DNA from: an uncultured virus (IMG/VR IMGVR_UViG_3300029309_000009)
Lineage: Duplodnaviria > Heunggongvirae > Uroviricota > Caudoviricetes
Strand: one strand, 5' to 3'
IMG/VR virus record: IMGVR_UViG_3300029309_000009
Span: 62,001 to 85,884 of that record
Length of the DNA: 23,884 nucleotides
A model generated the notes under the pieces. The model searched no databases. It saw nothing but the letters and a program-made list of their open reading frames with translations, and was not told the origin of the DNA. A program made the position numbers and the translations under genes. Shown piece by piece: positions 8,182-16,470 of this stretch; within the stretch, counting starts at the first letter, position 1, and every line of letters starts with the position of its first letter.

Positions 8182-8577
8182 ATGCCAGCATTACAACATG
8201 ATACTAGATTAGTTATGACTATCTTATTTGTAGGGACAGTTAGCGGAGCAAATGTTTTCTTTTATGCTAGTTATGGGACTAGTTTCCCTTACACTACATT
8301 ATCCCATGCAACCTTATTTGGACTTATTACAGTAGGAGCAATAATGATTCTGAAAGCAGTTTTTGATTTAGCACTAAACGAAAAAATAGAAATGTATTTG
8401 CTAGACAGAAGGGTTAATCACTTTTGGGCGCAAAAGAGAAAAGAAGAAGAACAAAAGGGAAAGATTCGTGAAACGATGAAGAATTATACTACAACGTATA
8501 ATACACAACCTCAATTTTCTTCTCAAATGGATACAGACGGAATAGGAAATGAATTTTTAGCGGCTATCGAACAGTGA
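8182..8577 (+). CDS. Membrane protein with two predicted TM helices and a charged coiled-coil tail
   Basis: Hydrophobic segments LVMTILFVGTVSGANVFFYA and ATLFGLITVGAIMILKAVF, then QKRKEEEQKGKIRE. Confidence 0.8.
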   Translation: MPALQHDTRLVMTILFVGTVSGANVFFYASYGTSFPYTTLSHATLFGLITVGAIMILKAVFDLALNEKIEMYLLDRRVNHFWAQKRKEEEQKGKIRETMKNYTTTYNTQPQFSSQMDTDGIGNEFLAAIEQ

Positions 8578-8587
8578 GGTGAATCCT

Positions 8588-8806
8588 TTGGTTTTTACCG
8601 GCTTTGATGAAAGTGCAATGGCCTATGATTTACAAAGGGCGCATTCTGCTGATATTTGGTTTCTTAAATTTAGAGCATATTTTTGGGGAACTTGTGCGGC
8701 TTTGTCGGGTTTTCTAATAGGAAATATTCTAGGAGTTTTTGATATAAATATTCTAGGATGGATTTTAAATTCTACACAGGATGCTTGGGAATATACATTT
8801 GGGTGA
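8588..8806 (+). CDS. Small membrane protein
   Basis: SD GAGGTGA (8576-8582) favours the TTG at 8588; hydrophobic FWGTCAALSGFLIGNILGVFDINILGWIL. Confidence 0.75.
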   Translation: MVFTGFDESAMAYDLQRAHSADIWFLKFRAYFWGTCAALSGFLIGNILGVFDINILGWILNSTQDAWEYTFG

Positions 8807-8812
8807 TTGGAT

Positions 8813-9475
8813 GTGTCAGTCCTTGCAGGTTTCGCAATAGTAGTTACTGAAGCAGCAATAGCATTTTACAAAAGAATACATGCTATAAATTTCGGTGTTT
8901 ATGGTGCTACTAAAGTAGGCAAAACTACTTTGCACCATCAGTTAAGAACTAGAGGTGAAGTTCCCGATATTAAAAAAAGAACTGTTGGACTACATAGGGG
9001 AACTAGAAAAACCATAAAACTAGATGGAGAAACTCACACTTTGAAAACGGCTGATGTTGGGGGAGAATCTTTCTATTGGAAAGAATGGATAAAAGATATG
9101 CGAAAGCGTAAAGTGAATTATATTATTTTTATGATAGACCATAGACATTTAGAAAGTTCTGCAAATTTAGACCATCAATTAGCATGGAAATTTTTAGTAG
9201 ATGCAATATGTTCTTCTACTTGGCCCGATGGAAAAAAGAAAAAAGAAGCAGACTATCCTATGGCTATTGGTATTTGGGCTAACAAATATGATTTGTGGGG
9301 AAAGCGTTATTCTCATGAAGGGGAAATACAAAATCACCCCATCTACGAGCCTTTTAAATATGGGATGCAAAAATTAAATGATAAAGGAATACCTACTTTC
9401 AAGTATATCGTATCGGCTAAGTCTCAGCCCGAAATGGTTTACAAAGGAGTTACAACAATGATAAAGGACTACTGA
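8813..9475 (+). CDS. Arf/Sar-like small GTPase (Ras superfamily) with hydrophobic N-terminal helix
   Basis: G1 GATKVGKTT, G2 RTVG, G3 DVGGE, IIFMID strand, G4 WANKYD, G5 SAK. SD GGGTGA (8801-8806) favours the GTG at 8813. Confidence 0.88.
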   Translation: MSVLAGFAIVVTEAAIAFYKRIHAINFGVYGATKVGKTTLHHQLRTRGEVPDIKKRTVGLHRGTRKTIKLDGETHTLKTADVGGESFYWKEWIKDMRKRKVNYIIFMIDHRHLESSANLDHQLAWKFLVDAICSSTWPDGKKKKEADYPMAIGIWANKYDLWGKRYSHEGEIQNHPIYEPFKYGMQKLNDKGIPTFKYIVSAKSQPEMVYKGVTTMIKDY

Positions 9476-9480
9476 TTAAA

Positions 9481-10122
9481 ATGTATCAACAGAACATAAT
9501 AGATAGACCAACATTTACTGCACCTTCGGCATTTTTACCGCCTTTGCAGAGAGCAAGAGCAAGTGGCCCCGTAGAGGAATATAAGTGCGTTAATATTAAA
9601 CCCAAAAAGCAATTGAAGGAACTAGTTAAAGTTCTATATCCGGAAAAAAAATCATTTTTAAAAATTAAATATGGTAATAAATTTAATTTAAAAGATAGGT
9701 GCGTAGTTTGTGGAATGCACCACGTTTGGGATAGTGGAGATTACATGAGACCACCTATTCCTCTAACACAAGTATTGAAGGGTAGGCCCATGAGAGGAAC
9801 TTATTGTCCTAAACATGCAGGTATTCACAGACAAATGGAAATGCTTCAGCAACAAATTTTGGCAGAACAACATGGATTAGAATTTAAGGCATTTATTCCT
9901 AAAATGCCAAAGTTATCAAGAAAAGGCCCATTGAATACCTTAACCAAAGAAGATGTAGTCTCTCTTTCTAATGCCGGATGGCTTATTAAACCGCCCACAT
10001 TAGGAGATAATAAGTCGGCTACTGATGAGGCGATTGAGATAGTAGGAGAAATAAATATTCTTACGGATAGATTAAATCATCTTATAATACAAAAAGGGGC
10101 AAAAGTAGAGGGAGAGGACTAA
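9481..10122 (+). CDS. Putative Zn-binding protein
   Basis: CVVC...YCPKH Cys/His ligand pairs; basic and Pro-rich. Confidence 0.7.
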   Translation: MYQQNIIDRPTFTAPSAFLPPLQRARASGPVEEYKCVNIKPKKQLKELVKVLYPEKKSFLKIKYGNKFNLKDRCVVCGMHHVWDSGDYMRPPIPLTQVLKGRPMRGTYCPKHAGIHRQMEMLQQQILAEQHGLEFKAFIPKMPKLSRKGPLNTLTKEDVVSLSNAGWLIKPPTLGDNKSATDEAIEIVGEINILTDRLNHLIIQKGAKVEGED

Positions 10123-10123
10123 A

Positions 10124-10771
10124 ATGTTAGGGACAAGTAACAAGACAGTTTTGGGTGCTGTTCAAGCACAAGGAGACCAGCAATTCAAGAATGTAAATAA
10201 TTTACTTTCTTTACAAGATAACCATGTAGAGGAATTTTTTCAATATCACGGAGATAAATTTTTGAAAAGTTTAGAGCAACTTATGGAAGATGTTACTGAG
10301 AGAGTAGTAAGCAGAATGCTTTCTAAACTTCAGTTAGTCCAAGATGATACTACTAAAACAATAAAGGTTCATCCCGATGCTCTTAGAGAATATGAAGGAA
10401 TTACTTCTGCTAATATTGAGTTAGATGTTATGAATTTGTTAAATTCTGCGATAGATTCAGAGGTTATTAATCAAAGAAAGATGGCTAAGTCTCAATTCCT
10501 AGAGTCTCAAGGATTTAGCGGAGGGCAGCAACAAGTTGGAGTAGGTTTAGCAGTAGCAGGTTTGACAGGACAAACTCAACAATATAATCAAGTTCAATCG
10601 GCAGTAGGAAACGGTTCAGGTTTCCCTATACCTCCTAGTGGTCAAGACATGTATGGGAGACCATATTGGTTAGATGCAAACGGTCAAGCATCATATGAAG
10701 CACCAAAGTCCGGACTTGGATTAGGTTCTAAAATACAAAAAACTGCTGCTTGGGCTAAATGGTTAATGTGA
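10124..10771 (+). CDS. Hypothetical protein: helical N-terminal half, Gly/Gln-rich C-terminal half, amphipathic C-terminus
   Basis: SD GAGAGG; ends GLGLGSKIQKTAAWAKWLM. Confidence 0.8.
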   Translation: MLGTSNKTVLGAVQAQGDQQFKNVNNLLSLQDNHVEEFFQYHGDKFLKSLEQLMEDVTERVVSRMLSKLQLVQDDTTKTIKVHPDALREYEGITSANIELDVMNLLNSAIDSEVINQRKMAKSQFLESQGFSGGQQQVGVGLAVAGLTGQTQQYNQVQSAVGNGSGFPIPPSGQDMYGRPYWLDANGQASYEAPKSGLGLGSKIQKTAAWAKWLM

Positions 10772-10772
10772 G

Positions 10773-12251
10773 TTGATTACTTTGCCTACTAAAGTAATTG
10801 GTTTTGATGGCAGTATTGCCAATTGGCCTACTGACTATATAGATATAATAAGAAATACAGTTACAGGTAAAGATGGAGAAAGGTTTTCATTAGAAGGAAG
10901 TAAAAATATATCTACCCTTGCTCAAAATTCACAAATAAGTAATTTGATTGAATTTGATAATGATTCATTTGTAGAAGAAGGATTAGAAATATTGAAGGGA
11001 ATTGAGAATGAAAAAATATTAACTTTAGCAAAAGAAGGAAATCCTTCCGCAGTTTTATATAGAGATTTAGAAAGAAGTAGAATATTTGATGATGTTAAAG
11101 ATTTTACATTGAAAGATATGGAAGATTCAGATAATCTCTTAAAAATTATAGGTTATAGTTTATTTGGTAAAGTTACTGATAAAGAACCCGAAGAAGAAAT
11201 TGGCCTATATGAAGAATATGCGGATACACCGGCTGCTCAAAGATATGTAGAATCGTTTAGAAATATTCCGCAAACTGAAGCAGAAGGTAGAGATGCTCCA
11301 AATTTACCTGCTATGTTCATGACTAATAAGTATGAACCGATTGAAACCTTCACACTTAGAAGAAGAAAAATAGATACGTTAGATGAACATTACGAAGTAG
11401 AAATAAAAAGAGCATCCTCTAGTGATAAGGTTTCAGAATTTTTCTATTTTAACTATGATAATACTTCACAAAGAAGAAATTTTTTAGAAAGATTTTATCC
11501 TAATCTAGTTTATAAAACAACAGGAAAAGATATTTTAGACTCTACTAGAGCCGTTTCGCCAAATGTTTTGAGTGGGGATATTACCATTAATCTTGATTTT
11601 TATGAAAAACTAATAAAAAACGGAAAGTATGTTAAAGCCACCGAAGCACAAAAAATATTAAGTGATTTTTTGCAAGATGAATTTTATAAAAAGTTCTTTT
11701 TCAAGTTTAAGAAATTTTTAGAAGAATCTAATAAGGCTGACCCTCTTAGAGATGAAAAATACAAAGTATATTTTTCAGGAACTCTTAGAAAAATTCCTGT
11801 TAAGGATGCTACGCCTAAAACATTTAAGGTCAAAGTAAAAATACAATCAGTGGAAAAAGGAAGATTTGACATTAGCCCCTTTGCTAAGAATATAAGAAGA
11901 AAAGGTAAGAAACCTAATATTGATGTTATTTTACAACAGGAAATAAAAAATAGATTGGTTGCTCCTAAAGATGTTTATATGCAAGCAGTAGAGGAATATA
12001 TAGATAAGGAAAATGAACTATCAAATCTAAGCGATGAAGATACAAAACAACTTGAAGGTCAAAATATAGAGGTAGGTAAACTGCAAGAAATAATACGGGA
12101 AAGTAAAGAATCCGCTACAAAAAGAATGCAGGAATTTGAAGAATACTCTCAACGTAGAGAGTATAGATTTAATGAAAGATTAGCAGACCACATAGAAGAA
12201 ATAATGGATAGATTCTCTGTTGTAGAAAATGCAATAAAGGAGGGTGCTTGA
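10773..12251 (+). CDS. Hypothetical 492-aa charged protein
   Basis: Long ORF filling the gap between neighbours; no motif recognised; start codon uncertain. Confidence 0.75.
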   Translation: MITLPTKVIGFDGSIANWPTDYIDIIRNTVTGKDGERFSLEGSKNISTLAQNSQISNLIEFDNDSFVEEGLEILKGIENEKILTLAKEGNPSAVLYRDLERSRIFDDVKDFTLKDMEDSDNLLKIIGYSLFGKVTDKEPEEEIGLYEEYADTPAAQRYVESFRNIPQTEAEGRDAPNLPAMFMTNKYEPIETFTLRRRKIDTLDEHYEVEIKRASSSDKVSEFFYFNYDNTSQRRNFLERFYPNLVYKTTGKDILDSTRAVSPNVLSGDITINLDFYEKLIKNGKYVKATEAQKILSDFLQDEFYKKFFFKFKKFLEESNKADPLRDEKYKVYFSGTLRKIPVKDATPKTFKVKVKIQSVEKGRFDISPFAKNIRRKGKKPNIDVILQQEIKNRLVAPKDVYMQAVEEYIDKENELSNLSDEDTKQLEGQNIEVGKLQEIIRESKESATKRMQEFEEYSQRREYRFNERLADHIEEIMDRFSVVENAIKEGA

Positions 12252-12252
12252 A

Positions 12253-13374
12253 ATGCCAACCGTATTTTCCCCAAGCGACTACACTACAATTAATCCGGAT
12301 TATTCTACCGGAAAAGGATTCTATACAGATAAAGACGCTATCTCTGATTTACTACAAATACCTGCATTTACAGCAGGGACAAATCCTACTCAAGCGCAGG
12401 TAGGTTCCATCATAAAAAGAGTAGAGGGAATGATTGATGATAAAGTCAAAAGGTCTTATCGCCCCATCCGACATGAACATGAAGTTCATAATTTTAATTT
12501 TAGTAGAAATCCAGCAGATTCTTATTTTGGAGGATATGTAGGGTTTGTTCAATTGCAACACATGAAAGTTAGAAAGATTGTTAGCCTACAAGTTTGGCAA
12601 GGTAATGCGTATAAAGAATTAGCATCTGCTCAAGCAAGTATAGAAATTTTAGACCATTCTAAACTAAATACAATAGTATTGACACTTCCCGATGGTTCTA
12701 CAACTTTTACATTAAATGCTAGTAATAGCGTAGGAACGTCTTTATCTGATTCTAATTTTAATAAAAAGTTTGGAAATAAAACTACTGCTAAAGAAATTGT
12801 TGCTTTAATTAATGAGCAGTTCCCTTCCAAAACCTTTTCATTTACAAAAGCAGATAATAGAAAAAGTCTAACCGAAGATGGAGGAACCGATTATGATATT
12901 TCTGATTTCTTTTATGCAAGCACTGACCCCGACAATGGAACTAAAATAAATATATCTTCTTTACTAGAAGGCGAGGATGGTTCAGAATGTTCAATAGTTG
13001 CGACTGTTACAGCAGGAAGTGTTGCTGATTCTATTTTAGTTGAAGGATTTACCGATAGACAAGATATGAAAAGATTAGGAAGTTTCTTTAAAATTGGAAA
13101 CGAAGGTCGTTTGTTTTTCTTGAAAGACTATCCATACCATACAGAAAATTCTGTAATCGTTTCGTATATTGCAGGAGATTCTAGAGTTCCTTCCGCAATA
13201 CATGAAGCCGCTACTAAATTAGCAGCAGCAGAAATTTTAAGACATGATGACCAAACTATTCTAATTGCAGAAACAGGAGCAAATATAACTACTAAAGAAA
13301 AATATGATATTCTTAAAACTGAGGCTATGGCAATTCTAGATGGCAAGAAAGATGTAGTGTATATTATTGAGTGA
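12253..13374 (+). CDS. Head-tail adaptor (SPP1 gp15/HK97 gp6-like) with a large inserted domain
   Basis: N-terminal YTDKDAISDLL...IIKRVEGMIDD and C-terminal VSYIAGDSRVPSAIHEAATKLAAAEIL fit the adaptor pattern; SD GGAGGG before ATG 12253. Confidence 0.7.
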   Translation: MPTVFSPSDYTTINPDYSTGKGFYTDKDAISDLLQIPAFTAGTNPTQAQVGSIIKRVEGMIDDKVKRSYRPIRHEHEVHNFNFSRNPADSYFGGYVGFVQLQHMKVRKIVSLQVWQGNAYKELASAQASIEILDHSKLNTIVLTLPDGSTTFTLNASNSVGTSLSDSNFNKKFGNKTTAKEIVALINEQFPSKTFSFTKADNRKSLTEDGGTDYDISDFFYASTDPDNGTKINISSLLEGEDGSECSIVATVTAGSVADSILVEGFTDRQDMKRLGSFFKIGNEGRLFFLKDYPYHTENSVIVSYIAGDSRVPSAIHEAATKLAAAEILRHDDQTILIAETGANITTKEKYDILKTEAMAILDGKKDVVYIIE

Positions 13375-13378
13375 TAAT

Positions 13379-13585
13379 ATGTTTGAAGACATTAGCCAAA
13401 AGTTTGAAAAATATCTAGAAATAGAAAAGGAAAGAAATTTACAAATGCTTGAAGTTTCTAGATTATTAGGAGTAGACTTTACTTTTTCAGAAGAAGAACT
13501 AATTAAAAATGTAGAGCAAAAGATAGCAGACTATATGGAGAAAACTTTACAAGAAAAATTCAAAAAAATGGTTGAGGGAATATAA
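13379..13585 (+). CDS. Small helical hypothetical protein in the neck region
   Basis: ORF bridging adaptor and terminator with a TAATG overlap; start 13367 or 13379. Confidence 0.65.
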   Translation: MFEDISQKFEKYLEIEKERNLQMLEVSRLLGVDFTFSEEELIKNVEQKIADYMEKTLQEKFKKMVEGI

Positions 13586-14094
13586 TGGATGAAGTTAGTT
13601 TACTCATTGACCTTTTAGATAGCAATTGGTCAAGTTCTGCCACTACTTTACAAAGCGCAGGAACTATTACTTCAGACCATATTGGTAAGCCTAATATTAT
13701 TGACATAAGAAATTTAGATGTAAATAGGGGTAGTCGCTATGATTTATCTTTAAAAGATTTAATTGTAATTTTTGAAGATAGCCAAACAATAGAATATCCT
13801 ACCGTTCATTTTGACATAAGAAATGAAAACTATTCTTTTACACTTCATATTAGAACTGTTCAAGATGAGAGAGCAGGAACAGATGGAGATTTTGGCAAAG
13901 ATAGGCTAAGGGCTTTATACTTGATAACTCGTCATGTGCTTGAGGGGAAGCGAACAGGATATACTGCATCGGATGGTTCTAAGTTTAATCAAATATTTGT
14001 AGGCTCTAGAAATGAATCCAATGACAGGAAAAAAAGAATATTCGGATATAAGATTAGTATAGAAGCAAAAAGATTCGCACTCTCAGTCCCATAG
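13585..14094 (+). CDS. Putative tail terminator / tail completion protein
   Basis: 169 aa, directly before the tail tube; alpha/beta pattern (YSFTLHIRT...RLRALYLITRHVLE...FGYKISIEA). Confidence 0.6.
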   Translation: MDEVSLLIDLLDSNWSSSATTLQSAGTITSDHIGKPNIIDIRNLDVNRGSRYDLSLKDLIVIFEDSQTIEYPTVHFDIRNENYSFTLHIRTVQDERAGTDGDFGKDRLRALYLITRHVLEGKRTGYTASDGSKFNQIFVGSRNESNDRKKRIFGYKISIEAKRFALSVP

Positions 14095-14117
14095 TAAGTA
14101 AGTAAGGAGAGGGAAGA

Positions 14118-15734
14118 ATGACAAACACAGACATATTTTTAGGAAGCGGTGCAACATTATCATTAGTGCCGGAATTAGATTTATTTGCTTTAGTTAATCA
14201 TAGTGCTAGTAACACTACTAAATTAATACCTGAAGATGCCTTTATTGTAAATTATCTTCTAGTAAATAATTTATATGTGGGTTGTGTTCTAGAACTTTAC
14301 GAAACGGGAACTACTTCTCCCTTGTCTGTTCATACTGTTACTGAAAACGATTCTACTTCCTTTACTATTTCACCTGCTTGCAGAACTCCTGCTTCGGGGG
14401 ATTTTATAGTAATAAAGTCCTATGGCGCACCTAGCGTTGGGCAAAGAAATTCTTCTGTTAAAAGACTAAATGCTGACAATTGGTTAGGAATTTTAGAAAG
14501 TGCAGAATTTCCAAACGTAGAAGTAGAGGTCAAGCAATCAAATCTTTCTTTGGGAGGTTCTAGAAACTTTACCCATCAGTATAAGGGAATAGAAACTGCA
14601 AGTGGAGGAAACTTGAACATTGTGGCTAATCAAGGAACTTGGCTATACTATGCTTTAGGTGCTTGTGAGCAAGTTTTAGCAAAAACGAATAATGACCATC
14701 CTACTAGTAAAACAGATGCTTCGGTGGCAGGAGATGTATATATTGATACAGGAAATGCAGGAGATTCCGGACAAAGCACAATTCAAACTCATTTGAATCA
14801 AGGGCCAATATTTTACAAGACAGGATATGCGGCTACCGGAGTTGCGGGGGATGCTTTAACTCCTCCATTAGTAAATCATTTAGACTTACATACTAATACA
14901 GAACAATTAGTGCTTCCATCTACTCCTTCCTCTATAACAGATGCAATCACATATACATTTATAGAGGCAAACGGAGAGGACTTACCTTCTTTTGCATTAG
15001 AACAATCTATTAGCAAACTAGTTAGTGGTTCTGAGAACTTGACAGATACTTCTGCCAATTTAGAAGACTTAAACTTCGTAAGAATTGCAAGAGGAAATAG
15101 AGTCAATACTTTTACTATGACCGCAAACGAAAACGAAGAAGTAAAAATGACTCTTGACCTAATGACAAGAACTGTTCACAAGTTAGACCAAAACGAAGTA
15201 TATGAATCTAGAGGTGGCGCAGGAACTGTCAATACCAATTTGTTTAACTTTGAAACAGATGAATTCTTAGAACCATTCTTTTTCTCAAGAGGTTCCTTTA
15301 GTTTATTCGGACAACAGTTCCTAAAGGTTACAAATATGACTTTGACAATCAATAACAATTTACAAGAAAAGAGATTCATTGGTGTAGGAAACACTTCTAT
15401 TCAAGATGCTATTCCGTCAAATAGAGGATACGAATTATCATTTACTGCTTTAGTAACAGATGATTTACTCTTTGAGGAACTGTTCAATAGAAATGAAAAT
15501 ACAGGAACTTCCGTAGTTACAAATGGAACAAACTTTGCCACTGATGCACAGATTGATTTGAAATTCAATAAAGCAAATAACGAAGAAATTAATATCTCTT
15601 TCAAGAACTATTTCCTAGAAAGTGCAAACTTTACAATACCGGATGACAAAGGGCCAATAACTGTTGAAGCAATGGTAAGGCCAAGAGATTTGAAGGAATG
15701 CACAGTAAAAACCCATTGGATTTTACAGGGGTGA
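14118..15734 (+). CDS. Major tail tube protein with inserted domains
   Basis: Tube-like motifs LPSFALEQ, RVNTFTMTANENEEVKMTLDL, NMTLTINNNL and RGYELSFTA; precedes the chaperones and tape measure; SD GGAGAGGG. Confidence 0.78.
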   Translation: MTNTDIFLGSGATLSLVPELDLFALVNHSASNTTKLIPEDAFIVNYLLVNNLYVGCVLELYETGTTSPLSVHTVTENDSTSFTISPACRTPASGDFIVIKSYGAPSVGQRNSSVKRLNADNWLGILESAEFPNVEVEVKQSNLSLGGSRNFTHQYKGIETASGGNLNIVANQGTWLYYALGACEQVLAKTNNDHPTSKTDASVAGDVYIDTGNAGDSGQSTIQTHLNQGPIFYKTGYAATGVAGDALTPPLVNHLDLHTNTEQLVLPSTPSSITDAITYTFIEANGEDLPSFALEQSISKLVSGSENLTDTSANLEDLNFVRIARGNRVNTFTMTANENEEVKMTLDLMTRTVHKLDQNEVYESRGGAGTVNTNLFNFETDEFLEPFFFSRGSFSLFGQQFLKVTNMTLTINNNLQEKRFIGVGNTSIQDAIPSNRGYELSFTALVTDDLLFEELFNRNENTGTSVVTNGTNFATDAQIDLKFNKANNEEINISFKNYFLESANFTIPDDKGPITVEAMVRPRDLKECTVKTHWILQG

Positions 15735-15739
15735 TTTTC

Positions 15740-15847
15740 TTGGATAAATATACTAAGAGAAGAATTATGGCAGAAAAACTCAAGGCTCCTAAGAAAAGAG
15801 GCCGACCAAAAAAAGAGGTAGTTAAAGAAGAAGAAACTACTGAATGA
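15740..15847 (+). CDS. 35-aa AT-hook microprotein (not in ORF track)
   Basis: SD GGGGTGA (15728-15734), TTG start, MDKYTKRRIMAEKLKAPKKRGRPKKEVVKEEETTE*; alternative ATG at 15767. Confidence 0.65.
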   Translation: MDKYTKRRIMAEKLKAPKKRGRPKKEVVKEEETTE

Positions 15848-15849
15848 TA

Positions 15850-15893
15850 TTCCACCAACACCGTTTGTTCGTTTGTTGGTTTTGTAGGTGGAA
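15850..15893 (+). promoter_or_regulatory. Potential RNA structure overlapping the RBS of the tail chaperone gene
   Basis: TTCCACC (15850-56) is complementary to GGTGGAA (15887-93); ACCAACA (15854-60) is complementary to TGTTGGT (15874-80). Confidence 0.45.
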
Positions 15894-15896
15894 AGA

Positions 15897-16265
15897 ATGT
15901 TAAACAAAAAAATAGTAAGTGACAAGAGTGTAATGTTTGCACTCTCAGAAGCAAAATGCCATTGGATAAAAGTTTCAGAGGATTCTGAAGAATATCTAAA
16001 AGTATGGATTAAAGACCCTACTTGGCTAGAAGTAGAAAAAGCAGTGAACTCTTTAATGAACATTGATGCTAAGAATCAAAGTTTAGATATTGATTTAAAT
16101 AAAATGTATCGCTATATGGTTGATAATTTTATTACAAAAACTGAGCCTTCTTTATCTACGGTTGATTTAATTAGACTCAATCCCTATATTGGTAATCAAA
16201 TAAAAGAAATACTTCCTAATCCCTTTGAATTAATGTCGGGGGATGAAGAAAAAAACGCAAATTGA
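15897..16265 (+). CDS. Tail assembly chaperone (lambda gpG-like)
   Basis: Between tube and tape measure; SD AGGTGG then ATG 15897; ends at a slippery site. Confidence 0.75.
   Translation: MLNKKIVSDKSVMFALSEAKCHWIKVSEDSEEYLKVWIKDPTWLEVEKAVNSLMNIDAKNQSLDIDLNKMYRYMVDNFITKTEPSLSTVDLIRLNPYIGNQIKEILPNPFELMSGDEEKNAN
16250..16256 (+). other. Programmed -1 ribosomal frameshift site A AAA AAC
   Basis: X XXY YYZ heptamer in the correct phase (GAA AAA AAC GCA AAT TGA); the -1 frame continues RKLRRAVRRGEG into ORF 16262..16468. Confidence 0.8.
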
Positions 16266-16468
16266 GGCGAGCAGTTAGGCGAGGTGAAGGAGATACCTCA
16301 ACAGCAAGCCTCATAATAGTTTATACCTTAGCAAAAGCATTGGGAATAAATCCTTTAGAAGTATATGAGATGCCAGCACAACTAGTAATGGATATGCTAA
16401 CAATTCACGGCATAGTAGAAGAATATAAAGCGGAAGAACTAGAAAAGAAATCCAAGAAGGTGAAATAA
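16262..16468 (+). CDS. Frameshift extension of the tail assembly chaperone (gpT-like)
   Basis: In the -1 frame of the chaperone, no evident SD of its own; YTLAKALGINPLEVYEMP fits the gpGT C-terminal pattern. Confidence 0.72.
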   Translation: MRRAVRRGEGDTSTASLIIVYTLAKALGINPLEVYEMPAQLVMDMLTIHGIVEEYKAEELEKKSKKVK

Positions 16469-16470
16469 TA

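Noticed and set aside
8182..8806. Firm holin/antiholin annotation
   Set aside because: TM topology alone is insufficient and no endolysin is adjacent. Kept only as a hypothesis.
8813..9475. Terminase or packaging ATPase call for the P-loop protein
   Set aside because: DxxG, NKxD and SAK motifs specify a Ras-like GTPase; no ASCE Walker B or nuclease domain.
14092..14106. TAGTAAGTAAGTAAG short repeat with stops in all three frames
   Set aside because: Too short to separate from chance in AT-rich intergenic DNA.
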